64,000 nt of DNA from an uncultured bacterium (GCA_902799385.1 CADCAK010000003.1:27888-91887); one strand, 5' to 3'. Positions 32,357 through 41,380 are shown, counted from the stretch's first letter. Translations and numbers: made by a program. Notes: a model not told the origin generated them from the letters alone.

Positions 32357-34972
32357 ATGACCTTAAACACCATAAGCAATGATGTTACGCTAACAGGAGG
32401 AAACGGAACGCTCCTCGCGAACCGCTATCGCATCGTACGCCAGCTCGGTCAGGGCGGGATGGGCTCGGTCTGGCTTGCGGAGGATATGCAGCTTGACAAC
32501 AAACTGTTCGCCGTGAAAATGCTACCGAGCATTCTTGTGAGCAACAAGCGCGCGTATAACCAGCTGAAGAGCGAGGCGCTTGTTGCTATGAAGCTCACGC
32601 ATCCGAACATCGTGACGCTTCGCGCCTTCGAGGAGAACAACGGCAATCCGTTCCTCGTGATGGACTACATAGACGGCGAGACGCTGGATGACCACCTGGC
32701 GGAGAAGGGCAAGCTCTCGGAGAATGAGGTGGTAAGAATTCTGAAACCCATCGCCGCGGCGCTTGACTATGCGCACGGCGAGGGCGTGGTACATCGCGAT
32801 GTCAAGCCCGAGAACATCATGATTCGCAAGGACGGTACGCCCTACATCCTCGACTTCGGCATCGCCCGCGAGATACAGGAGACGATGACGCGCGTCACTG
32901 GCAAGCTATCGAGCGGCACGCTTCTCTACATGTCGCCGGAGCAGTTGCATGGCGCGCCGCCGAAGAAGGAGCAGGACATCTATTCCTTCGCGGCGATGGC
33001 GTATGAGTGCATCAAAGGCGAACCGCCGTTCGTGCGTGGTGCGATAGAGGACCAGATAAAGAACAAGCCGCCGGAACCGCTGGTAGGGCGCGATGACCCC
33101 ATCGCGCCGCTCGCCATCGGCATAATGGCGGGCCTTGCGAAGAAGCCAGAGGACAGACCGAAGACTTGTGCGGCGGTGCTGGAGGGGAAGGTTTTTAGCC
33201 GTGTAGAACGTGTAGAGCGTGTAGATGGGAATGCCTCGCGCAGAGGCGCGGAGACGCAGAGGAAGAGCGGCGGGGGCAAGGTGCTGGCAGTTCTGGCGCT
33301 TGCTGCGGCCGTTGGTATCGGTGGAGTGCTTTATCATCAGAACCAGCCACGTCATCGCGCCGAACAGGTAAAACATGAAGCGGAGTCTGCAAAAGAGTCT
33401 GCGGGGAAGGCTGGACGCTCTGTGGTACAGACGGGAGAGTCGACAGATAGACCGCAACCAACCCGAAAGGATGTGGATGCGATCTACGTCGAGGCGCGTG
33501 TGCAGATGGGCGCGTGCGGACGGTTGGATCCATCCGATGGCTTCAAGTCCAGGATTGAAGACTGCCAGAAGTCGTTTGACCGCGCAGAGGCGCAACATGA
33601 CATTGGCAATTGGGCGGAGGCGGCTTTGGCCTTCACGAATGTCGTAGATGAATGCAAGGCTCTCATTGAGAAAGGCAAAGCGCGCGACACGGCAAAGTCT
33701 GCCGCCGAAATTCTTGCCGAGGCAATCAAGGCTGCCCAGTCTGCCGGAGCGAAGGAATATGCGCTCGTCAGGTTCAGTTCTGCGACCGACCTGGCGAAGC
33801 GCGGTCGGGGCGAATTCGACGCCTTCAAGTTTGCTGATGCGGCTGCGACCTACGCAACCGCCAAGAGCCAGTTCGATCTTGCAGCACATGAGGCTGGGCA
33901 GGCGAAGCAGGAGGAAGCTCGGAAGAAGCGCGAAGCCGAGGAGGCTGCGCAGCGGGCGGAAGCGGAACGCCGCGAACGCGAAGCTCGCGAGGCTGCCGAG
34001 CGGGAACGCCGGGCGAAGTGGCAGCAGGAAGGCTCGGCGTTTACGATAAACGATCCGTACGGATTGAATCTGACGATGAGGTGGTGTCCGGCGGGAACGT
34101 TCACCATGGGCAGCCCGACTATGGAGGAGGGGCGGTACGACAACGAGCGGCAGCATCAGGTTTCGCTCACAAAGGGCTTCTGGCTGGGCGAGACCGAGGT
34201 GACGCAAGGGCAGTGGAAGAAGTTGATGGACGGAGAGACGGTTGTCGATCTGGCGCGGAAGGGACTTCAAGATGATACCGAGTACATGATCGCCGGCAAG
34301 AAGCAGACGCTGCGGGAGTTTTGGGGGATGTCCCGCGACGGCAACCCTATGAACCGATGCGGAGACCTGAAGGACAACGTCCCAGTTTACCATGTCAGTT
34401 GGAACGAGGCGACCGAGTTCTGCCGCAGGCTGACGCAGCGGGAGCGGGCCAAGGGTCTCATTCCCGACGGCTACGAATACCGTTTACCGACGGAGGCCGA
34501 ATGGGAATACGCCTGCCGGGCAGGGACTACGGCTGCTCTGCCGAATGGCCGCGACATCAGGATTCTTGGTGCAAACAATGCGCCCGCACTTGACGACATC
34601 TCATGGTACGCCGGCAATTCAAGCGAGGGATTCGACGGACGCGGGTTGGATACGTCAGGATGGCCGGAGAAACAGTACCCCGGAGGCCGTGCATGCGCTC
34701 GCGATGTCAAGGGGAAGCAGGCTAACAGGTGGGGGCTGTACGACATGATTGGTAATGTGTGGGAATGGTGCAATGACTGGTATGGTGATTATCCTTATGG
34801 TTCGGTTACTGACCCGACTGGTTCGTCTGCCGGAGGTGCGTGTCGCGTCGATCGCGGCGGGGGCTGGGGCAGCGGCGCCCGCCGCTGCCGCTCCGCGTCC
34901 CGCGTCGGGGGCGAGCCGGGCTGCCGCGGCGGCGACCTGGGCTTCCGCGTCGCTCTCGCTCCCAGTCACTGA
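32357..34972 (+). CDS. Ser/Thr protein kinase fused to coiled-coil and FGE-sulfatase-type domains (K4)
   Basis: ATG 32357 was chosen by alignment with the K3 N-terminus (MTLNTISNDVTLTGG versus MTYDTIDNDVTMAGG). Kinase motifs, a TM helix and an E/R/A coiled coil are present. FGE-type motifs are RLPTEAEWEYACRAGT and GNVWEWCNDWY. Confidence 0.9.
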   Translation: MTLNTISNDVTLTGGNGTLLANRYRIVRQLGQGGMGSVWLAEDMQLDNKLFAVKMLPSILVSNKRAYNQLKSEALVAMKLTHPNIVTLRAFEENNGNPFLVMDYIDGETLDDHLAEKGKLSENEVVRILKPIAAALDYAHGEGVVHRDVKPENIMIRKDGTPYILDFGIAREIQETMTRVTGKLSSGTLLYMSPEQLHGAPPKKEQDIYSFAAMAYECIKGEPPFVRGAIEDQIKNKPPEPLVGRDDPIAPLAIGIMAGLAKKPEDRPKTCAAVLEGKVFSRVERVERVDGNASRRGAETQRKSGGGKVLAVLALAAAVGIGGVLYHQNQPRHRAEQVKHEAESAKESAGKAGRSVVQTGESTDRPQPTRKDVDAIYVEARVQMGACGRLDPSDGFKSRIEDCQKSFDRAEAQHDIGNWAEAALAFTNVVDECKALIEKGKARDTAKSAAEILAEAIKAAQSAGAKEYALVRFSSATDLAKRGRGEFDAFKFADAAATYATAKSQFDLAAHEAGQAKQEEARKKREAEEAAQRAEAERREREAREAAERERRAKWQQEGSAFTINDPYGLNLTMRWCPAGTFTMGSPTMEEGRYDNERQHQVSLTKGFWLGETEVTQGQWKKLMDGETVVDLARKGLQDDTEYMIAGKKQTLREFWGMSRDGNPMNRCGDLKDNVPVYHVSWNEATEFCRRLTQRERAKGLIPDGYEYRLPTEAEWEYACRAGTTAALPNGRDIRILGANNAPALDDISWYAGNSSEGFDGRGLDTSGWPEKQYPGGRACARDVKGKQANRWGLYDMIGNVWEWCNDWYGDYPYGSVTDPTGSSAGGACRVDRGGGWGSGARRCRSASRVGGEPGCRGGDLGFRVALAPSH
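33200..33226 (+). repeat. 3 x 9-bp in-frame tandem repeat CGTGTAGAN
   Basis: cgtgtagaa cgtgtagag cgtgtagat encodes RVE-RVE-RVD in the K4 juxtamembrane linker. Confidence 0.85.
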
Positions 34973-35133
34973 ACGGAGGTTCGTCTTGTCCTTGAGCACA
35001 GAGAGCGGAGCGACAGCGTGAGCAGTATAGCGCGGTGCACGTCGTGTTGATTCCCCGCTGGACAGCGGGGGTGAGAATATGATAGAATTACTTCCGTAAC
35101 GGTTGTTACGGTAATGGGCGTTGCGGTTGGTGT

Positions 35134-36456
35134 ATGAAATTCTACGACAGAAAGAATGAACTGGAGACCTTGCGGCGGATTCGGGGCGAGTCCCTGGAGT
35201 CGGCGCGCTTCACCGTCATGACAGGCAGACGGCGAGTCGGCAAGACCGAGCTGCTGAAGCATGCCTTTGGGCGGACTGGATACCTCTACTTCTTTGTCGC
35301 AAGGCGAAGCGAGGCGGAACTTTGTGAGAACTTCGTGCGCGAAATCGAGGAGAAGCTGGGCGTCCCCATCCCCGGTGCATTTTCCAGGGTTTCCGATGTC
35401 GTGTCTTTCGTCATGCGCCTGGCAAAGGATCGTCCTATCACTCTTGTCATCGACGAATTTCAGGAGCTGAGCCGCGTGGACCCCGGCGCGTACAGCTCCA
35501 TTCAGCGGGACTGGGACATGTTGAAGGGCGACATGAAGCTCAATCTTGTCGTCAGCGGAAGCGTCAACCGCCTGATGAACAAAATCTTTCGCGATGAACA
35601 CGAGCCTCTCTACGGACGGCAGACTGATTTCCTGAAGATTTCTCCGTTCACCACGGATGTTCTGAAGGAAATTCTGCGTAGCCACGACCGGTCGGCGGAC
35701 AGCGAGGCGCTTCTTGCCCTATACTCCATTACGGGAGGTGTCGCGAAATATGTAGAACTCCTGATGGATGGAGGTGCGTTTGACAGGGATTCCATGCTGG
35801 ATGTCGTGTTTCGTGAGGAGTCCACCTTTTTGGAGGAGGGACGAATCTGTCTGAGCGATGAATTCGGCAAGGACTACGGAACCTACTTTACAATTCTCTC
35901 GGCAATAGCGTCGGGGAAAACGGCGCGGGCGGAAATAGAAAGCGCCATCGGCGGAGGAGAGTCAGGTGGATATCTCCGCAACCTTTCGGACCAGTACGGA
36001 CTTCTTGCGCGCAACCATCCGCTGTTCGCGAAGCCGCTTGCAAAGAATGTGCGCTACCGTCTGAACGACAACTTCTTCCTTTTCTGGTTCCGTTTCATCG
36101 CCCGCTACAGCTACATGCTTGAGATAGGATCGCACAACAGGCTCAAGGAACTGGTCAAGCGCGACTGGAACGTCTTTTCCGGCCAGATGCTCGAGCGCTA
36201 TTTCCGTCAGAAATTCGCCGAGCAGAGGAAGTGGACGCGTATCGGGTCCTGGTGGGATAGAAAAGGCGAGTGCGAAATAGACCTCGTGGCGGAAGACGAG
36301 ATATCGCGCAAAGCGATCTTTGCTGAAGTGAAGCGCGACGGCGGACGCATTTCCATGAACACCCTGCGAGAAAAGGCGTCGGCCTTCATGCGCGCCACAG
36401 GGCAGTTTAAAGACTATGCGATTACCTTCAAATCCTTGTCACTTGAAGATATGTAA
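35134..36456 (+). CDS. AAA-type ATP-binding protein (archaeal-ATPase/DUF234-like)
   Basis: FYDRKNELETL, Walker A GRRRVGKT and Walker B LVIDEFQEL are present. The C-terminal part is typical of this widespread orphan ATPase family. Confidence 0.8.
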   Translation: MKFYDRKNELETLRRIRGESLESARFTVMTGRRRVGKTELLKHAFGRTGYLYFFVARRSEAELCENFVREIEEKLGVPIPGAFSRVSDVVSFVMRLAKDRPITLVIDEFQELSRVDPGAYSSIQRDWDMLKGDMKLNLVVSGSVNRLMNKIFRDEHEPLYGRQTDFLKISPFTTDVLKEILRSHDRSADSEALLALYSITGGVAKYVELLMDGGAFDRDSMLDVVFREESTFLEEGRICLSDEFGKDYGTYFTILSAIASGKTARAEIESAIGGGESGGYLRNLSDQYGLLARNHPLFAKPLAKNVRYRLNDNFFLFWFRFIARYSYMLEIGSHNRLKELVKRDWNVFSGQMLERYFRQKFAEQRKWTRIGSWWDRKGECEIDLVAEDEISRKAIFAEVKRDGGRISMNTLREKASAFMRATGQFKDYAITFKSLSLEDM

Positions 36457-36459
36457 AAT

Positions 36460-37263
36460 ATGGCCCGCAACACGATAAACAACGGCGTGACAATGACGGG
36501 TGGCGCAGAAGGTGCGCCTCGCGCGAGGCGCTACCGCGTCGTGATCGCCTACGACGGTACGGCGTATTCCGGCTGGCAGTACCAGGAAAACGCCGTCGGC
36601 ATCCAGCAGGTCGTCGAGGAGGCGCTTGCGTATCTTGACGGTGCGCCTGTTAGGGTGTTCGGCTCGTCGCGCACGGATGCAGGCGTCCATGCGAAGGGCT
36701 TTGTCGCCCACTTTCACCTGACGAAGCCGATCCCCGCGAAGAACCTCGTGCGGGCGATGAACGCACGGCTTCCCGACGCAATCCGCGTCCTTAAGGCGTC
36801 GTATGCGAAGGAGGATTTCGACGCTCGCCTCTCCGCGAAGGGGAAGGAGTACCGCTACCAGCTCTACCAGGCGGACATCCTTCCGCCGCACCTCGCGCCA
36901 TACTGGACTTTCTGCCACCGTCCGCTCGACCTCGCCGCGATGAAGAAGGCCGCGTCCTACTTTGTCGGAAAGCACGATTTCGTCTCCTTCGCGGCGAACC
37001 CCGACCGTGTCCTTGAGACGACGGTCCGCAGCGTCTTTTCCTTCGAGGTGAAGAAGGCGGGGCCTCGCTACACCTTCATCGTGCGCGGCGACGGCTTTCT
37101 CTACAAGCAGGTGCGCTCCATGGTGGGCTTTCTCCTCTCGGTCGGCAAGGGAAACGAGCGCCCCGAGGCGGTCCAGGAGCTTCTTGAGGCCGCCACTCCG
37201 CGCACCGCCCGCGTTGAGACGGCTCCCGCACGCGGCCTTTTCCTCTGGAAGGTATTTTACTGA
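36460..37263 (+). CDS. truA: tRNA pseudouridine(38-40) synthase TruA
   Basis: YRVVIAYDGTAYSGWQYQ and GSSRTDAGVHA (catalytic Asp) are present. The first ~28 codons resemble the kinase N-termini (see findings), so the true start may be internal, for example ATG 36493. Confidence 0.85.
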   Translation: MARNTINNGVTMTGGAEGAPRARRYRVVIAYDGTAYSGWQYQENAVGIQQVVEEALAYLDGAPVRVFGSSRTDAGVHAKGFVAHFHLTKPIPAKNLVRAMNARLPDAIRVLKASYAKEDFDARLSAKGKEYRYQLYQADILPPHLAPYWTFCHRPLDLAAMKKAASYFVGKHDFVSFAANPDRVLETTVRSVFSFEVKKAGPRYTFIVRGDGFLYKQVRSMVGFLLSVGKGNERPEAVQELLEAATPRTARVETAPARGLFLWKVFY

Positions 37264-37297
37264 TTGCGACAAACGCTTGTCGGGCGGAACGTTTTTT

Positions 37298-37306
37298 TGG
37301 TACAAT
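37298..37306 (+). promoter_or_regulatory. extended -10-like element TGGTACAAT
   Basis: It is a one-mismatch copy of the recurrent TGGTATAAT, located 61 nt upstream of the GH16 ATG. Confidence 0.4.
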
Positions 37307-37367
37307 GCGCTCGGAGGTTGAAAATGTCTTTCGACTTCACGACACGACACTTCACACAAGGTATTAC

Positions 37368-38222
37368 ATGAAAAAGGCGCTATCCGCAATCTTGGCTATA
37401 GAGTGCGCCTTTGCTTGCCTAGCGGCGAAAACCGAAACCGGGAAGCCCGCAGTGGACAAGTCTGGCGGCGCGCCTGTCGTCTGGAAGCTGAAGTACACCG
37501 AAGACTTCAAGGGCAATAAGCTCAACGAAAAGCTATGGTCGCGCATTGGCCCCGGCTCGGTCGACTGGAACAGGAACATGTCCCTAAGGCCCGATCTCGT
37601 TTCCGTCAAGAACGGGCAGCTCCATGCCTACGGAGTGAAGAACGACGACCTCGTCGCCGACAAGCGCAGCGTCCTGACGGGCGGAGTCTCTACGAAGGGC
37701 CGCCTTGCCGTGAAGTACGGCAAGGTGGAGGTAAAGTGCAAGCTTGAGGGGCAGAAGGGGGCTTGGCCGGCGATTTGGATGATGCCTGAGCCTCCGGCCC
37801 CCATATGGCCGGATTGTGGCGAGATAGATATTGTGGAGCGGTTGAACTTCGACGATTTCGTCTATCAAACCGTCCATTCCAAATGGACCGCAATGCACGG
37901 CAACAATCCGCCGAACGGAGGCAAGGGCGCCATCAAGCCGAACGACTGGAACATCTATGCAATCGAGTGGACTCCGGAACAGATAGTCTGGAAGGTCAAT
38001 GGCAGGGAAACCCACAAATACCCAAGAGTCGGGAACGACCCTGTGCGCTTTCCGTGGACGGTTCCGTTCTACTTGAAGATCGACATGCAGCTGGGCGGCA
38101 AGTGGGTCGGCGCGGTGGACGAAAAGACGCTACCCACGGCAATGCATGTCGACTGGGTGAAGTTCTACTCCGGCTCGCGCGGCGGAAAGACCTTCACCGA
38201 GTTCCTCAAGCCGGGAAAGTAG
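37368..38222 (+). CDS. GH16-family glycoside hydrolase (beta-glucanase-like), secreted
   Basis: A signal peptide is present. GAWPAIWMMPE and the catalytic GEIDIVE motif are present. Confidence 0.8.
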   Translation: MKKALSAILAIECAFACLAAKTETGKPAVDKSGGAPVVWKLKYTEDFKGNKLNEKLWSRIGPGSVDWNRNMSLRPDLVSVKNGQLHAYGVKNDDLVADKRSVLTGGVSTKGRLAVKYGKVEVKCKLEGQKGAWPAIWMMPEPPAPIWPDCGEIDIVERLNFDDFVYQTVHSKWTAMHGNNPPNGGKGAIKPNDWNIYAIEWTPEQIVWKVNGRETHKYPRVGNDPVRFPWTVPFYLKIDMQLGGKWVGAVDEKTLPTAMHVDWVKFYSGSRGGKTFTEFLKPGK

Positions 38223-38404
38223 TGTTGCGGCCGGGGTTGCCACAAGAATTTCCTGCTTGCGGTTTGCGCAAATATATGTTACCATATTGTCCGAAACTTG
38301 GGGAGTATGCACTAAGCTCGACAGCAAATACGAAAAACTACACATATTAACCATTTCTTATAATAACTTATTTAACCTTATAACAACCAAAAGGAAAAAA
38401 GAAG

Positions 38405-41302
38405 ATGAGAATCCCAATGAATAAAATCGCACAGGGCGCAAAGCGCCTGATGGCACTTGCGCTTGGCCTCGGCCTCGCGTCCACAGGCTGGGCGGACTAC
38501 AAGCCCTCCATCAACATCAACTTCACTATCGGTGATGGTTACGGTCTCACAACTGACGCCGATGTCGGTCTTGCCGGCTATGAAGTTCCGGGAACATCAT
38601 GGAACAATTTTGTGGTCAATAATGCCACATTCAGCACGGTCAATGCCATCGATTCCACAGGTGCAGCTTCCGCTATGTCAGGCGTGAGTGTTACGGTTTC
38701 GGGTACACGTGGTTCTTGGTCCTGTTCTGGCCTCACGGCGGCGAGTAATCCTCTCCATGGCTATATCGATGAAGAGGCCGGCAATCCTGCCCCCACGGTC
38801 ACAGTTGCTGGTATTCCTTATTACAAGTATCGCGTCATCGTTTACCATTCGACTGATACGGCAAACGTTCCGTTTGGCTACGACACCATCAACGGCACGA
38901 ACTACACATATGTGAACGGCGGCTTGACGGAAGGCACGACGGCTTGGGGTGCTTCAGGTGCGGCCAACAGTGCCAACGCGATTTCGGAAGGTGGCAATGT
39001 TCTCGTGACGGGTGAACTCTCTGGTTCGACTCTTACGGTTGTTGGTCACCGTGCAGGCGGGGCTTCTAATGCGAGAGGTTGCATTGCGGCTATTCAGATC
39101 ATTGAGATCAAGCCGGATGCAGGAGAGAACGATCTCATCATTGAGGTCTCCGGCGACACGACCTACACGGTCAGCGAGGCAAAGGAGCCGGGTACGGTTT
39201 ACATAGTCGGCGTTGGCACACTCACGCTCGACGGTTCTGCCAAGATTAACGCCACTACCATCGATGTCAGCTCCGGCGTTGAGCTGAACGTCAACGCCGA
39301 ACGCCTCGATGCAATCACTTACACCGGTGCCGGTACGGTTGTGTATGACGGCACGAAACCTGTCACAGGAAAGGGCTGGACGGATGCCGAGAACTGGTCT
39401 GGCACGGTTTGGGTCAAGAACATTCCGACCTCCAGCGACGAGAGAAAGGCTTGGGATCTGGCGCTCTATGGCAACGCCAATTCCACACTTCGCTTCACCG
39501 GCGTGAACCTCTTCTTCAAGAGCGGCACGGATAATGTGTTCCCAGGCACGGTCGATATTGACGGTGTTGGTATGAACGTATGTGACGGCTACGGTGGGTC
39601 AATTGCGACATTCACGCGTCTCACGGGAAGTGGCACGCTCTCCACGAATGGTGGTTCTTCGAATGGAAATGGTCTCACCATTAATGACGCATCGGCATTC
39701 ACGGGAACGATTACTCTCACAAAGTACAAGGTGATCATCGGCACTGCAACCAGCACGTCTGCAAGCGGCGTTCTCCAGATAGAGGCTGGCAAGTCGATAA
39801 CGGTCGCGGATGCAACTGCCCCTGGTGGTTTCGTCGTGAACGGCACGCTCGTTGTCAATGGCACGTTGGAGTCTTCCGCTTCTGCGGCCGTAACTGGTTC
39901 CGGCACAGTCGTGTTCGGCGGCGTTCCTTCGCCGGTCGATGGCGAGAATGAGACGAAGTGGTGGAAGAATGATGCTTGGACGGGCACTGTTGAAATCAAA
40001 GATGCTGATGACATTTCTGGTACCAGTTACGCTTTCAGCGACTACGGCAATGTCGGCTCGACCGTCAAACTGACGGATTGCACCGGATGGCTTACGGCAA
40101 ACTACACCTGTGTCCCTGCCTTGGAGATTGGGGGTACGTTCTCTTGGACGGATGGTTGGTCCGGCCTCAATAATACATTTAAAGTTGGCACGCTCAAGGG
40201 CAGTGGCACGATTTCAATCCCGAATCAAGGCGCGTCAACGGCCATCTGGCAGATAACCAATGACTGGTCGGGCTTTACCGGTGCTGTTGTCGGAAACAAT
40301 GATGCAGGCAAGCGAGTGTTGGTCTTCGGTTCCACTCTGCCTGCCTCGGTAGAGGCCGGTGAGATTTACATCTCCGAAGGTGCTACGCTGGATCTTGACA
40401 ACTCTTCCTCCTCATGGTGGGGTGTTGGCATGAAGTTTGTCGTTGACGGCACGGTCAAGGCGACGAATCGTAGCAAGTGGGGTGGCGGCACTGCCATGAC
40501 GATTGGTGATACAGGCGTGTTGGAGATAACACGTTCGGATAGTGCCTCTAGCGATGATGGCGGAACTGATTACAGCAATGTGACTGGTACTGGCACGATT
40601 AAGTTCGCTGGTGAAGGCTTTACTGTGATTTCCCAGAGCATACCGACATCTCTTACATTTGCGGCCGAAAAGGCTAGTGGTTCCGTAGTGCCCATTGCTG
40701 GTGCTACGGTTGGTAGTCTCACTGGCAGCAAGGGCTTCCGTTCTGACTGGGGCAACAATGGAGACGGCGGTCGTTACCTGACAATCAAGCAGTCCAAGGA
40801 TACCACTTGGGATGGCTCTATTAATCAGGCGGGCGCACATAGGTTAACCGGTGTCGTTGTTGATCCGAATAGTACTACAGGCACTCTCACGATGACTGCG
40901 ACCCAGACAGCGTCTTCGACACTTGCTGTCAATGGTTCCGTCAACCTCACGGGTACTTGGGTTGGCGCTGTGACGGTCGTGGGTACGTTTGGCGGTACGG
41001 GAACGGTCACGGGCGACCTCACGCTCTCTGATGGCGCGACGTTGAAGGTGGGCGACATTTCCGATCCGCTCGCTGTGTCTGGAAATCTCACTGCGTCGTC
41101 TGGCACTGTTGAAATCCGTCTGCCCGAAGGTACAGCCATAGGCTCTGGCGTAGAAATTGCTTCCGTCAGTGGAGGTATTACCACCGGCGCGACGTTTGAG
41201 GTTTACGTTGGAGATGGGAGTGTCCCTGTGAAAGCTAAGGTCAGCGCAAAGAACGGCAAGCTGAGAGTGCTGCCTCGGCCGTTTGCGCTCAAGCTTAGGT
41301 AG
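38405..41302 (+). CDS. large secreted beta-helix surface protein (autotransporter-associated beta-strand-repeat type)
   Basis: A signal peptide is present. The 965-aa protein is Gly/Thr/Ser/Val-rich with repeated GxGTLTL/GSGT motifs. It is lower in GC than flanking DNA and preceded by a long AT-rich upstream gap. Confidence 0.65.
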   Translation: MRIPMNKIAQGAKRLMALALGLGLASTGWADYKPSININFTIGDGYGLTTDADVGLAGYEVPGTSWNNFVVNNATFSTVNAIDSTGAASAMSGVSVTVSGTRGSWSCSGLTAASNPLHGYIDEEAGNPAPTVTVAGIPYYKYRVIVYHSTDTANVPFGYDTINGTNYTYVNGGLTEGTTAWGASGAANSANAISEGGNVLVTGELSGSTLTVVGHRAGGASNARGCIAAIQIIEIKPDAGENDLIIEVSGDTTYTVSEAKEPGTVYIVGVGTLTLDGSAKINATTIDVSSGVELNVNAERLDAITYTGAGTVVYDGTKPVTGKGWTDAENWSGTVWVKNIPTSSDERKAWDLALYGNANSTLRFTGVNLFFKSGTDNVFPGTVDIDGVGMNVCDGYGGSIATFTRLTGSGTLSTNGGSSNGNGLTINDASAFTGTITLTKYKVIIGTATSTSASGVLQIEAGKSITVADATAPGGFVVNGTLVVNGTLESSASAAVTGSGTVVFGGVPSPVDGENETKWWKNDAWTGTVEIKDADDISGTSYAFSDYGNVGSTVKLTDCTGWLTANYTCVPALEIGGTFSWTDGWSGLNNTFKVGTLKGSGTISIPNQGASTAIWQITNDWSGFTGAVVGNNDAGKRVLVFGSTLPASVEAGEIYISEGATLDLDNSSSSWWGVGMKFVVDGTVKATNRSKWGGGTAMTIGDTGVLEITRSDSASSDDGGTDYSNVTGTGTIKFAGEGFTVISQSIPTSLTFAAEKASGSVVPIAGATVGSLTGSKGFRSDWGNNGDGGRYLTIKQSKDTTWDGSINQAGAHRLTGVVVDPNSTTGTLTMTATQTASSTLAVNGSVNLTGTWVGAVTVVGTFGGTGTVTGDLTLSDGATLKVGDISDPLAVSGNLTASSGTVEIRLPEGTAIGSGVEIASVSGGITTGATFEVYVGDGSVPVKAKVSAKNGKLRVLPRPFALKLR

Positions 41303-41323
41303 TCGAACGGCGAGACAAAAGAA

Positions 41324-41351
41324 GGCCAGCAGTCAAATGCTGGCCTTTTTT
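41324..41351 (+). terminator. rho-independent terminator
   Basis: GGCCAGCA-gtcaaa-TGCTGGCC is followed by TTTTTT. Confidence 0.85.
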
Positions 41352-41380
41352 GTTGCCTTCGGGGAATCTCATTTTCGCCC

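Noticed and set aside
35054-35112. Hairpins CCCCGCT-ggac-AGCGGGG and CCGTAAC-ggtt-GTTACGG after K4 as terminators
   Set aside because: The stems are real, but neither is followed by a U-tract, so their function is undetermined.
6139-36545. The kinase/ESCRT-like region as a classical mobile genomic island
   Set aside because: No integrase, transposase, conjugation or phage genes are present, and there are no flanking direct repeats. Most of it has the same high GC as the flanks. The mosaic low-GC patches and the truA junction point to internal duplication and recombination rather than a discrete mobile element.
37261-37300. Terminator after truA (CGACAA-acgc-TTGTCG followed later by a T-run)
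   Set aside because: The stem is only 6 bp and is separated by about 10 nt from the T-run. That T-run also forms part of the next promoter-like element.
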